A stretch of 62,899 nucleotides of DNA, counting the filler, from Sphacelaria rigidula (lineage: Eukaryota), in the NCBI GenBank assembly GCA_964200075.2. It is 7 parts of 7 records of this genome, joined end to end, with 100 filler letters (N's around TTAATTAATTAA, not from the genome) between each part and the next. Parts side by side here need not be neighbours in the genome. Positions count along the whole stretch, not along the records: positions 36,004 to 44,902 come from CAXNAA020009801.1; positions 45,003 to 53,901 come from CAXNAA020009802.1; 5 more parts are not named here. One strand, given 5' to 3'. Shown piece after piece: positions 39,469 through 52,499 of this stretch. Position 1 is the first letter of the stretch. Every line of letters starts with the position of its first letter. The notes beneath the pieces were generated by a model that saw only the letters and a list, made by a program, of their open reading frames with translations, was not told the origin of the DNA and ran no database searches. Position numbers and translations under genes: made by a program.

Positions 39469-40121
39469 ACAGTATTTTTTGGGTCGTCATATGAAACGGC
39501 CAAATGGGAAAAAAACGGATGCAACGGAGTCGTTTGGGCGCTTATCGTACACGTCAAGTTGTTTTTCTACTGGAACAAAGTATATGGGAATTTGTACCTT
39601 TCGAGCTCATTTCTTCCTACAAACGCGAAATGCTCATACCGATTCAGGGAATTAGACCCTGAAAAATTGCACACATACACTACGGGGCATTCCGGAACTT
39701 TCGAACGACGGTGATTTTTTGTTTCTTATATTTCACTACTTATCGGTGGTCCCAGATGGGCACATGGAGGCACGTGATTATCCAGGACCCTGGGACCCCC
39801 CGATAACTGGTGAAAATACAAAAAAACACCGTTCTTTGAAACTTGCGGATTGCCCACAAGTACATGTGTGCAAACGTTCAGTCTACCTTCAAGAATCGAC
39901 GTGAGTATTTGCGAATGACTCAATTCTGGCACATGAGCGGGAACCAGCCTGTACACAGCGAACAATGCAAGCATTTTGGCATCGAATAAACCACCAGCGG
40001 ATTGCACGAAAACGACGAGATATTCATCTGAGAAAACATTATGGCAAACATAACATACACACACTCAAAATGACTTTTGACTTCCTCGAGCGGTTTTGTC
40101 CACACCTTCGAAGCAACTCCC

Positions 40122-40222
40122 TCATCCGCCGAAATTCTGGCGGAGAAAGAGTTCGGTTTGGGCGGCGGCTTGTCTCCCAGTACTCCCTTCGTCTTCAATC
40201 GCTCGTACGACGGGAAAATCAA
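40122..40222 (-). CDS. Possible terminal exon of an unknown gene
   Basis: TCGCAG acceptor, then xDFPVVRAIEDEGSTGRQAAAQTELFLRQNFGG*. No family recognised. Confidence 0.25.
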
Positions 40223-41609
40223 CTGCGACAGTCCATTAGCACCATCGGGGGGGGGGGGCGAGTTAATTCAGTCAAGCTGGACAGAGCTTGCTGCTATGAG
40301 GGGGCTGTGTGGGCGGCAAGGATGGTAGCATTTTTGGAAAGTGCAAGATCCATATATTAATAGTACACAAATGGTCGTGCATGCACGGGCTGATACAAAA
40401 GCGTGTGAGTAGTAAGCCTGTTGATGGACTATAACTTTGAGATATTATGGGAACCAATAAATATGAGAAAAGAAAGTGCGGTGAATACACCGATGGATGC
40501 TTTTTGAAAACGAAGACGATGAGTTCCAGACAGCGGTGCCGAGTGTCTGGTGGCCGCAAGGAGAACGGCTGCATTGGGGGGTAGCCATTCCAAAACTCTA
40601 CCGGGCAGTTCGTACTTGCGGCAAGCTGTGTGGGTGTGGCACGATAGCGCCCCTTCTGTATATTTTAGCACCCTTGCCGTAAACGATGCTGAAACAGGGA
40701 CTACAGTTGTGGTCGGTAAGCTGGATGAGCTCTATTTCAAGGAGCGGACGACACATTTTATCTGTAGCCTAAAAATGCGCCATTTTAGAGTCAGAGGATG
40801 CGCGCACATCACAACTACAGCAGAGGCACAATGCTCGTCAAGCCGGGAGGATATGACGTGAAGTATCCGCCAATACCTGCGGGTGCTACAAAGTCGAGGA
40901 TTAAGCAGGGTCTACAGCAATGCTCCTCAGTCATACTCCAGCGATTTGTGCAAATGCAACTGGAATGAAATCAGTACAGCACACGAACCCTAACAAACCT
41001 TTTGCTCGCCCTCGAACAGTGAAACGAACGCGCATCACACGGCAAGGAACATCATGACAGTCCACCAAAACGACCTCGATCAATTTATCAGTAGTAGTAG
41101 CGACCGACCTGAAGCGACCAGCCGGCATTTCACAATACAACATCCACTCGAGCACACCAAATTTCCACACGGGAAGAACAAGAGAGGGGAGCAGCATCTC
41201 CTGTTTTCGCGTCCCTCACATCAACCACAGAAACTTGCCGAAAAACAGCGATCACCTAAATCGCTCAGCACGAATGACTAGCACTACAGATAAAAGCAAG
41301 AACATCGTATCCGAAACATAGGCCAGGTATGTTGCACGCAGAACAACATTAGCACAGAAAAAATCTGAAGAAGAAAACTATATCGCCGCCGCACGGGCAC
41401 CTGTCATGGGGGGACATGAGCCAAGCTTGTCATGCTTGCGGTGATACAAGCTGAGCCACCCCAGAAGCTCACTTTCCTTCAGCCCGCTCTAACTCACAAT
41501 GTATCGCGACTTGTGTCTACCACAGTATGACACATCGTGTTAATCGGCAAATCAACGTGCGTCTATCGATTCCCGTGGCACTGTTGTGATCCGACAAGTT
41601 CTCATTTAA

Positions 41610-41706
41610 CCCTTAGACCGCGAGATTGGTCTTTCTGGATCATGCATACTTTTTTCACTTGAAATTGATGCCGTTTCAACACAAGACTAACCTCGCGGTC
41701 TAAGGG
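41610..41706. mobile_element. 97-bp piggyBac-type MITE
   Basis: TTAA|CCCTTAGACCGCGAG...CTCGCGGTCTAAGGG|TTGA: 15-bp perfect TIR, CCC/GGG termini and a TTAA-type target. Confidence 0.85.
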
Positions 41707-42339
41707 TTGACACAAAATAAAACTGTAGCCACCTGCGAAATGTAGAGAGTCGAGGGTGAGATATGAGGCGAAAATAGAAGAAAAAATGGCCGAAATCAAA
41801 CAATCGGATACAGTCGGCTGTGCCGCGCCGCAAGTCATGGTGCCGCACAAGGTATACTTGTACAACAGTGCATGTCATACTGCAGGTGCGTAGTGTCTGA
41901 GATGGCACGCTGACGAGGCTCCCAGCGCGCCAAGACGTCTGGTAGTGGTGCGCGAACAGATGAGCAGTGGGTGCAGGAAATTTGCAGAGAACGCCAAAGT
42001 TCCGGCTGAGATTGCTATACAGTACTCTCAAAGGAAGTCAACCGGTTTTCGGGAGAAAAACGCGGTTGCGCTGTTCAATTTCAAGTTGATTTTTATGAAA
42101 CTTTTGACACGGTGTACATGAGGTATGTGCAAAACTCCTGCCTTTCCCCCGCACTTTTTTCTTTCTTCGTGAGATATCGGTGATGAAAAATTCGGAACAT
42201 TTTCGGTACAAAATCGTCGATAACTCACAAAAAAAAATTAGGGTCGCAAGGTAGCGTCTTCGCGCATACCCCTTGTACATCGTGTCAAAGTTCCAAGGGC
42301 AGATCGACTAGAGTATACTCAATACTTGGTACTTCTGAA

Positions 42340-43530
42340 AACTCATACCTTCAGTGCCCAAAATTTGAGTAGAGTGTTTGAGGTCGTACCCAGTCTACCT
42401 AAAATTTGAGTAGAGTATTGAAGTCATACTCAAGTGATACTCTATTTTTTCGTCGTCGTGCACTTTGAACCCCTCCCCACTCTCGGGATGAGCCCGTGGT
42501 CTCAAGCGATCAACCCATCTCTCCCCCCGTACACGCCTTGCATTTTGGTCTCACGGGTTGAGTCAGCCCTCCCGCACCGCGTCAATTTACGGCAAACAAA
42601 CTCAGTCGACTACTTTGCTGCCTCACGTTCCCACGCTTTCCACGGTGGAAATCAGATAATACGAAGAAAAAACCCAACGCATCGGGATCGAACCCTCGTT
42701 CTCTCCACCCTCATGGCAGCAGTCCGACCATCACACCTTTGGTCTATACCCAAGTATAACTGAGGGAGCTTACTTAATGTTTGGGTAAAGTAGTTGAACT
42801 CGTACTCCATCTACCCAAAAATTGAGTAAAGCATTTGAGGTCATACTCGATCTGCCCAAAATTAGAGTAGAGTATTCGAGTTGTACTCGATCCTCCCAAA
42901 AATTGAGCAGGGTATTTGAGGCCGTACCTAATCTACCCAAAAAAAAATCGGGTAGAGTATTTGAGTTCAAAACCAAGTGATAGAAGCACTCAAGTGTTGC
43001 ACGGTACTGCTGTACTACTGTACCGTGGACAGTTACGCTGGATGCTGTGGATCTCTAGCGCTGTCTACTGTTGTTGTATACATGTGCTGTTCATACAAGC
43101 TTGTTCACGCTCATCACCCAAAATTGTGTCATCAGTAAATGCCTTTCGCAATACCTATCTAATAGTCGCATACATAATGTCATTCTGACCACCATGAACG
43201 GCTGGAGAGCGTGATATTGCCGGATTTGTGTTAAGGGTCATACTGGTAGCGCTAAGAGCGAAAATGTATTTCGATCAATCAGCGCCCTTCAAATTGTTCT
43301 AAAATTGAAAACATGAATTCCAAGCCCAATTTCCACCTAATCTCCACATGCTTTCAAGTCGTAGTAATTGTAACCAGGTATCGCTAGGAGTGCCTACCCA
43401 ATATTAGGGTAGACTATTCGAGGTGGTACTCGATCTACCCAAAATTTGAGTAGACTACTTGAGGCCGTACCCAATCTACCCAAGCGTTGGGTAAAGTAAA
43501 TACCCGAGTATTTTACCCGAGTATTCAAAA
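42340..43530. repeat. ~41-bp tandem array (CTACCCAAAATTTGAGTAGAGTATTTGAGGTCGTACTCGAT), interrupted by insertions
   Basis: Blocks at ~42340-42435, 42780-42975 and 43390-43530. Confidence 0.8.
42440..42740 (-). mobile_element. tRNA-derived SINE, family D
   Basis: Minus head GGTGTGATGG (A-box)...GGTTCGATCC (B-box). The body shares ATCTGA...GAAAGCGTG...CAAAATGCAAGGCGTGTAC with 62355-62575. Confidence 0.7.
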
Positions 43531-44902
43531 CTGTATACCCTGCTCGACCTGCCCTTGCAAAGTTTCATAGAATACAGCTCGAAATTGAACAGCGCAACCG
43601 CGCTCCAATGTTCCTGTTCGCATCTTGGCTGGTCCATCTCCACACAGACACCGGATTTCGACAGAAAACGAGTCACGATACTCAATTTTTGAGTCGTCTT
43701 GTATGAAATCTTGACAAGTCATACATGAGGTATGTGGGAAGACCCAACCTTTCCCCTTCAATCGTCTTTTCGTGAGCTATCGGCCATGGAACTTTCCGAA
43801 CAGTTTTTCTCGCAACCAAATCACAAACAACCAAGTAGCAAAAACGCGTAGAAGAGCGAAAGTTTGGATCTTTTCACGCTCCTCATGTAAAGCGTGCCAA
43901 AGTTTCAGAGAAAACGAGTCAAAAATTGAGCAAAACAATCGCGGTTCAATATTCCTGTTCGCATCTTTGGCGGTCCAACTTGTACTACGTGGGAGTGTCA
44001 CCGTAGGGGCCTGCCGTAGTGTCATCAACTCTACAAGGCAATGCGATTCCGGTGCCGTGTCAGGTATGCAAAAACGATACGTAACGGGCGACCATCAATC
44101 CTAAGAGATCACCAACTCCCCCTGGATGAGGCTACAAGTTTTGCACATGTACATGCCAAGACGACCCAGCACTGAGTATACTACACCGATACTTGCTCCG
44201 CATAGGTCTGAAATCCCCTGTTCCGGACGTACGTGACGAAGCCCTTGAAATCCGAAACATACTCGTTTCGTGCGTTCTCTCCCAGAGCATCCATCCCGCC
44301 GGTCAACACCTGGTAGGCCTCCTCACTACGGGACCGATGCCGATGGAGTGCGAAGGGCGAAATAATAATTTCGGAACGAAAACGAAACATGATAAAAGGA
44401 GAACATCGTTAGCCAGACATACAGCTGTCCTTCTCGCTTATTTGCGAGGGTGAACTCGAGTAACCAGTGTTCGATGCGTGCATGTCTGTGGGTATCGATC
44501 TCCTCCCGTAGGTCGACACGTGCGTAGCCTGCGCAACGAAGGAGCGACATGAAAAAGCTGCCATCATTGTCACTGAGACGGTAGCTGAAAGGTCCTCCTT
44601 TCAAGCCTTGAACACCTTGAAACGAAGTCATTAGGTAAAGGTAGAATCAACAGCTATAATATTGTACCAACATACCGTGAGGATAACCTCTGACCAAGGT
44701 GCCAGAACTACCAACCAGCCTGTTCGCACAGTCTAACCAGAGAGCAATGACTGACTTCAAAAAGGGCGAATATCCCCGCCTCATGGGCAAACCTCAGGCG
44801 AACCTCATAGAGAGGGGTTATACCATCCAGATGAGGGGGGGGGGGGGGGGGGGGGGCTGCTCCTTTTCTCCCCCCCCCCCCCCCCCCCCCCCAAACCCCC
44901 CC

Positions 44903-45002
44903 NNNNNNNNNNNNNNNNNNNNNNNNNNNNNNNNNNNNNNNNNNNNTTAATTAATTAANNNNNNNNNNNNNNNNNNNNNNNNNNNNNNNNNNNNNNNNNN
45001 NN
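44903..45002. other. Artificial contig linker
   Basis: N44-TTAATTAATTAA-N44. Confidence 0.98.
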
Positions 45003-45069
45003 TAGGGATGCGAGGTCAATGGTCTGATGACTATGTCATGCATGATCATGAGTACACCCCACCCCCTCT

Positions 45070-47730
45070 GACCAAGGGTGAAATGAACATACGAAGGCTA
45101 GATAAAAGTTGGACTATGTAATTAATTAAGACTTTGATGTCGGAATGAAGCAAATGCGAGTGGGTAACGATAAAGGGGATCCTGGGCAGACAGGAAGGAG
45201 AGGCAGGCAAGTTAATAGCCACATGAGGAGCACAGAACGGGAAAATGGTCGGTTGTCCGAAGGGGAGAGAGAAGCTCATGTATACCACTACCGAATACTG
45301 AGGACAGCATCAACTAACAAGATGTTCGACGTGAAATTCGAGAAATAAACCAACGCGTTGGCAGAGGCAAATGTGGAGGCAGCATAACAGGAAGATGGTG
45401 GCCCAAGAGAATTGCAGAGAGAGTTCACGAGAAGGAAGTACGGGAATGTGTATCTATACTTTAAATTGAAGGGCAACAGGGGCAGACGAACAAGTGAATG
45501 AATACATGAAGTACGAGGGAGAGGGGGTGAATAACATGATGGTTATGTGCATAATGGATATGACAAAACGAGCACACATCCAAGAGATGGAGAGAAGGAG
45601 AAGTAGTAAACCTTTTAAAGAAAGGAGTCAAGGCTGACCCAGTGAATTATAGAGGGAAAACGTTACCGAGCACCACAGGAAAAATATTATTTAGTGGGAG
45701 TGATGCTAGAGAAAGGAGAAAAACCAGTGAGGGGCAAGCAGGGTGTAGACCGAAACATAGCTGCGTAGACCATCTGTACGCATCACGTAAGATGAATATA
45801 GGCGGGAAAGACGTGGGGCTACGCACGATTTTTTCCTAAATGTACAGAAGGCCCATGACACAGCATGGAGAAATGGGTTATGGAAAAAGGTGTGGGAAGC
45901 TGGGATCAGAGGAAATATGTGGAGAACGGTGCAAAATGTTTCGTTCATGTCCGAGAAGTGACATGATGCTGTGAAAGATGGAAAATATCAAAATATGTTG
46001 ATATTTTATGAGGGGTTGCACAAAGATGTACGTTTACGTTATCACTCACTCTATTCGAAGTCTTTGTTGATTACACGATGATAGCAGTCGAAGAAGCAAA
46101 AGCAAGGAGTCAAGTTGGAGGAAGATACCGTGTCGGGATGGATCTTCGCGGATGATCACGTGGGGATATCAGAACATAGGAAGGATTGCGGAAACAAATA
46201 GAGAAGGCGCTAAAATGCACTACGAGATGAAGCGTGACAGCGAACGAGAAAAAATCGTCGTAGTTGTATGTACCGCAGGTAAGGAAAACTCGGCAGAGTT
46301 CAAATGGAAGTAGAGAAAAGAGGAATTGCCGATCGTAGACCAGTACACATACCCTCGCGTAGATGTGTAAAATAAAATATGTTTTTGAGGTGTACACATG
46401 AAGAACGTAATGGGAAAGGGTGAGGCACAGATGGGAAAGATGGGCGCGATCCAAAGAGATTTGAATCTCGATACTAGGTTCAAGAAATGTATTCTGATGG
46501 ACGTGATTGTACCAAAGCTAAAATATACAGGAGAAGTATAGGAGGATAACGCGAAGTGGGTGAAGCAGCTGGAAACAGTACAGATGACGGCAGCTAAGAA
46601 GATACTTGAATGCTCGAAAACGACGAGTAATACCAGTGGAGTATCGGGAGCAGAATTGGAAATGTATCCACTTGAAACAAAGACGCGAGAAAATGAAAAG
46701 AAAATAGAGCGTAAGGAGCATGCCACGGAAAAGATGATCAGCCAGAGTTGACAGGGCTGTTTGATTGATCGATTGATTGTCGCACTTCAACTGACCCCCC
46801 AGGGGTCCAGCTGTGGTCTCATGATAGACGTACCTAAGAAAAACGAAACTGAACCACGTTTCAAGGGAGAAAAACAAAAAGGAACAAAAAAAAAGAAAGC
46901 TGTGTGAAAAAAAATGGCCAAAGGACTGGCCGGAATGAGGTGAGATAACGTAGTCGAGAAAGTATGGAAGAGCATAGGAGGAGACGAAGACGAGACAATG
47001 TTCATTGGTAAGAGTGGGCCGCACAAGACGAAAGCAAGAGGTATGACATAAACGAGGGAAAATCTAGAGCTAAGACGCAACGTAGACGAGGAAGAGCACC
47101 TGAAGAGTTACGGGGGGGTTGAAAGGAGGGATGAGGTTGGAAATAGATCTACATGCACCAATAAACTCCGGGAAAAAATTGAAACTGTGATTTCGGGTGG
47201 AGGACCTGAACCTGTCAGAAAGAAGAAGGAGGTACACCAGTAACCGCGTGGAGGAGGAAGTAGATGCACAGAATTTCCCATGTGGCAGAGCAATAGAGAG
47301 TATAACTTAAACAGTGTCAGAATGTGAACTATACAAGGAGGAACGGGACATGCTATTATAGGGGAGGGGAGGAATGCGGGTAGTAAACGAAGGTGGCATG
47401 GATCGTTTCGAACACAAGATAGTAGCGAGAGAACGATCGCTATACTAGGAGATAGGCGGTGACCACAGACGGCGAAACAGGAAGGGGACAAAATATGTAA
47501 AGGGCTATTGTGTCATGCATGTAAGCGACGTAACGAGCGCCCGAATGTTGGGAGGTGTCTCTATTAGGAGTAGGAATTGTGCTCCGTCAATGGTCAAATG
47601 ACGACGGCAAGCAACAAGTGGCTATGCCCCCCCGCCCCCCCCGCGCGCGCCCTCTTTCTCCGTCTCGAAAGGGATGCGTGGTCAATAGTCACATGACTAA
47701 GGCAAGCAACAACTGAGCGCCCCCCCCCCT
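45070..47730 (+). mobile_element. Degenerate LINE (RT through 3' end), with a nested CAAT-tailed insertion at ~46760-46915
   Basis: ADPVNYRGKTLPSTTGK, GQAGCRPKHSCVDHL, FFLNVQKAHDTAWRNGLW and GVAQ are RT motifs. The 3' end reads GAAAGGGATGCGTGGTCAAT...AAGCAACAA...poly-C. Confidence 0.9.
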
Positions 47731-48029
47731 TCCCCCAACGAAACATTAAGAAAAAATAAACATACATTGAAAGAGGCGACAACTTCTCTCTTTAGCTACC
47801 TCACTCATAACGATGGAGAGATGGAGAAACAGCCTCTTCCTTCACGAAAACATCCGAAGCGGGTGAGCTTCCGTGTTGAATGTGTAAGGCATGCATCAAA
47901 TGAGTACGCCCCCCCCCTCCCCCCAACGAAACATTGAGAAAAAAAAAACATATATTAAGAGAGGCAACAACGTGTCTCTTCGGCTACCTCACTCATGACG
48001 GTCGAGAGATGGAGAGAAAGCTTCCTCCT

Positions 48030-48182
48030 TCACGAAAACATTCGAAGCGGGTGAGCTTCCGTGTTGAATGTGTACTCCATGAGATCAATTGCGTGGTCGG
48101 GCTGCATGAGCAGGTACAGGTACTTGAGTGTCTCTCCGGGAAAAAAGGACTCCATGTGATCTTGTGCTTGCCGACTTGGGTC
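48030..48182 (-). CDS. GH47 class I alpha-1,2-mannosidase, last exon
   Basis: [55 protein letters not shown], carrying the canonical [14 protein letters not shown] and FNTEAHP motifs. Confidence 0.95.
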   Translation of the reverse strand, partial: DPSRQAQDHMESFFPGETLKYLYLLMQPDHAIDLMEYTFNTEAHPLRMFS

Positions 48183-50058
48183 CTGCGAACATCGTCATCA
48201 GGTGGAAATAACATCCATAGTATATATATTTTTGAAGGATAACCATAACAACAATAGTGAGAGAAACGTCCATGAAATAACTTCAGTGAGATCAGAAATA
48301 TTCGTCATTTCACGAGGAAAGCAGTAAGGAAACAAAACTGCGTTTTGAGAGCTAGTTCATCTACGCCGGGAATAACGACATGGTCATAAGTAGATCGTGT
48401 TCCGGACACATCCATTCATCGCAACACTTGTGTTGTGCTGACACGACGGAGGAAGGGTGACGGGTTGATGACCTGTATCTTCGGACTCGTAACGGGAAGG
48501 GGGTACAACTTGAACAACCACAAGATAGTGGTTTATAGACTTTTCTGTCCCTATCGGTTGTTGATTTCGACCTTGATCGGTGGTCTTGCGGTGTTCCCTG
48601 GTTTGTGATTTTGTACTCGTTCTACTTCACTGTGCCCTTGGGCTTCAGCACATCTGCAGCTTCCTTCTTCTCTGTGTCTCCTTCTTCCCCCATGTCTCCC
48701 TCTTTTTTTCTATCTCTCCCTCTACGTGCTCTTTCCTCCCGGTGTATGCAAGCCGCAGTTTGGTGGTTGGCTTCCGCGTTTCGTGGATTACAGCCCCATA
48801 CCCCAAATAGTAAGGTCGTAGTAGTTGAGCCGCAGTGTATTCCCACAGCTTTTCGTTTTTTCGATTGGGAATGGATGATGACTATGGGCTTCTGCGCAAG
48901 ACCATTTCCATCGAAGCCATGTCCACCGAAGCAGAGGCTGGCCATTATTTGTTTTTCTTGTCCTTGCCCTTGTTTTCGTTATTTTTTTGTTTAGTTTCTC
49001 GATTTGTCTTTGCTTCATGTTTTCTTCTTTTTCTCTCTTTCTATAGAAATAAATTGAAATTGGAAGCGCCCTGGGCACAGGGCAATCCATGTTTCATGTA
49101 ATCTTCTTTTCCTATTTTTCTATCGTTTCCTTCTTCTTAGTGCACCGTGTTTTATCTGCTCTAGCGTTCTATCGTTCTGTTTTCTCCCCTCTCTTTTCTT
49201 CATCTAGTGTCCCCGTTTTTGCTTCACCTGGGGTACGTCTATCATGTCACCACGGCTGGGATCCCTGAGGGGTCAGTTGATGTTAGACAATCAATCCAAA
49301 TCAAATCAGCGGCGAGTTAAGGAAAAAATTGTTTTCTAGGAACGCGGTCCGAAGATATGAATTTTGAACCACTCGGCCGATAATGACCAGTCGGTGACTC
49401 AAACGAAAGCTGTTGACCACAGGATCGCATAAGTGACCCGTTTCATGGCGTCTGATGGCGTCTGATGCGTCGATCAATACATGCGGCATACATGCACGTT
49501 GAGCAATTAATAAAAATAAGCGCTCGCGATTCATCGACATACTCGCGAAAAAAGTCGGAGTAGGCGACCTGACAAATCCCGCAAATTAGTGGGTCAGGTC
49601 AGCACGGGTAGCGTACCGGCTTGGAGATTTGAGCCTGCGGTTGCGTTCGAGACACTGAAGGTCTGCCTCGTCATACTCCCATGCCCTACAGCAGCGTGAG
49701 CGCGAAGCAGGGCCCCCTCATTGCCAAAGCAAGATATATTCGATCCCTTACTGTTCCCCGCAAAGACCTTATTTATACCGGTTTAGGGGTGCTTGATTGG
49801 CAGAGTTTTCGACATCCTTGCAGAGACGAGTAGCCCAAACATAAGATATATGTACAGTATCTGGCTATAGAAACAGTGTTTCAAGGGTAACAAATGCGGC
49901 ACGCTCATCAGGGACCGAAAATTCCCGTCTCTACACAATGATGTACGTCGGTTGGCGCGCGCGCAGGCGCGCGCGGAGGGGGCGCGATATAAGTACGACC
50001 ACAGAAGGGTATGCAGGATCAAACGATTTGCGATCAAAGGTAAATCAATGAGACTCGC

Positions 50059-50325
50059 CAGCACGTCCGGGTGCGACCCGAAGCCAACCCCCACTCGGCA
50101 GTGCTGGTCGATAGCCCTGAATATCTCCCACCCCCATTCCCGGTACACGGGATCCCTCGTCAATTGGTGGAGAATGAAAAAGCTCTCCAGCGTTTCCGGT
50201 CTCAGCACGTAAAAGTGCGCTCTGTGCTGCGCCTGCATCTTGCCCTCCGAGTGAAACTCTACCGTTTCGGGGGGCAGCCCTGTGGGCATCCGGAGGTACA
50301 TCTGGTAGCAGGTGTAGGCCAGCGC
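50059..50325 (-). CDS. GH47 alpha-1,2-mannosidase, penultimate exon
   Basis: TACAG|ALAYTCYQMY...TGLPPE...YVLRPETLESFFIL...DPVYREWGWEIF...HPDVL; 267 bp, phase 0. Confidence 0.95.
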
Positions 50326-52264
50326 CTGTATGCACGCCGATGATGGTGTGGACAGCCATGTTATTTTCGAAGAGCAGCATGTATACATTTACCGATCACC
50401 GGTACGTGGCACATCACGGTCCCCTGAATACAATAGTACGCCCGTGGGATACACTGATCGATTGTTTAGGCATCATACCAGCAGTTTTCAGTCATGTTTG
50501 CGCTTACGCAAGGTTATCACCCTCTCACATAGATATAGATACCACCCCCGAGTGCTGACGTTTCGAGCCCCAAATCCCCATCATCTGGGGGTCGTATCCG
50601 CCGTCGTCTGCGGCATACTGTTATTATTGACTCGAGGTTCATTTTTGCACTTAGGTTAAGGAGAGAGATCCACACTCTCATTGTGGTACTTGACTGCACT
50701 ATTGCAGTTTTTCGTTTGTCTGTTGTCTACGTGTCGTTGGTGGACAATCGTTTGATGAGGGTATTCTATCTGGATCGGACGCCGTGCTCTTCGCGTTATT
50801 TCGATGTGGCTACATTCTTCGCGTTATCCGCTGGAAATTTCAGAGACTGACTGATTGACTGACATCTGGCGTTTCGGGACTCACGAACAGGAAGAACTTG
50901 AACGAGGCAGTGATGGGCTGTTCTTTTGCAGCCATCTTCCACTCAAAGCCGTTGTTGAGGTATGCAAGAAAAACCCGGTAAAACGCCACGTGACGTCTTG
51001 AAGCGTCCGTCCTACCAATTAAGGCGCCTTTTGAGCGAAACGCGAATTGTTCCTGTTTTTTTGCAATGTACAAAATTATTCCGACTACATGGAAACGGAG
51101 AGCGTGATTCTCGCGAGCTTGCCACGATGAATCCAAAAACACACGCAAATGGTACGAAGCTAAACTCCTGCTAGTCGTATGATATCTAACTGTTCCTTCT
51201 GTCGTAGCAATCATCGAGTTATAATGTGGAATATGGTACTATTCAAAAACGAGGTGTCAAGACCCAACGAATGTCCGTTCTTAGACCGCTTTCCCTCCCA
51301 GGAGGGCCAACTTGAAAGGGATTCCGGGCCCAAAAGCACACGGCATCTTCCAATCAGTAACCAGCTTCGTTCAGTGTTTCAGGCTGAGTTTGGACGCCCA
51401 GGAATATACTCTCAGAGTTATCAACCCTCTCCGCTCCTCGTATTTTGCAGAAGCAAGGGCTACGAACAGTAACTTGAAGCTGAGTAGGAGATGTAAACCT
51501 TGGTTCAAAACGCCGCACGCGGGTACGGGTATAGCCAGACACAACTAGACATTCGGTGAATTACGGAGCAATCTTGTTACGAACAAAAAAAGGGAAGGAA
51601 AAAAAGAGATGTCAAGGAGAGGAATGAATGAGTGCACTAGTGACTACCCTTGCTCTCCAAGTAGATGTTTTCGTTTTGCAAGTAGATGTCGTCGTTAATG
51701 TTCTCAAGCTACCCACAAAACATTCCAAAGCGTAGGCGTTTGATGCCTGAGCACAAATACCGCAACTCGTGCGTAAAATCTTTTCTATGCCCTGCTTGCG
51801 CCACTATACCTTATTCACTTATTCACCTATTTCTTGCTTTGATGCCATGCAACCTATCGAGGACATCGACAGGCTTCCCCCCCGCCTCCCCCCCGTCCTT
51901 CACAGGGCAAGAGGTGCCGAAGATAATCACGAGAGCGGTGAAACAAAGCAGCATGAAAAATCGCACTCTCGAAGTGGAGGGGCGTACTCATTTGTTGTGT
52001 GCCTTAGACGTTTGACCATCGACCACGCATCCCTTCCGAGACGGAGCACAGTTGGAGGGGGAGGGGGAGGAGTTGGTGAAGTCACCTTGGCTTCTGTGAG
52101 ACGACTGAAGCCCACCCCCATAGCCTTACAGCCTCACAGGATGGAGGGTGCGGACGAGAGTAGCGAAGCGAACCAGCACTTCCCCTCACCCTTCTTCCCC
52201 GCCCCTCGCGAGTAAGCAAGCACAAGCCACATGGCACAATACACTACAACACACTACAACATAC

Positions 52265-52417
52265 TTTTCCGGTCTTGAGATCCCTCGCTGCTCGGACGGG
52301 ATCATCCGCAGTCGCGGCGCCCAGGGCCAGATTTCCCGCCACGAAGCACGCGAGGTGATCCATGCGATGTTGGTGCGATTTTCCGTTCCACTCGCTCAGG
52401 TACGTCAGGCCGCCCGT
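52265..52417 (-). CDS. GH47 alpha-1,2-mannosidase, third-last exon
   Basis: TCCAG|TGGLTYLSEWNGKSHQHRMDHLACFVAGNLALGA...KTGK|GTATGT, with the MDHLACF motif. It joins the next exon in frame. Confidence 0.92.
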
Positions 52418-52499
52418 CTGGAAGATATCGCCAATTTGACCGCCCGAAGGAGAGAGGTCGATGGCGATCAGTGTGGGAGAGGGTACAGTACAGGCGAGG

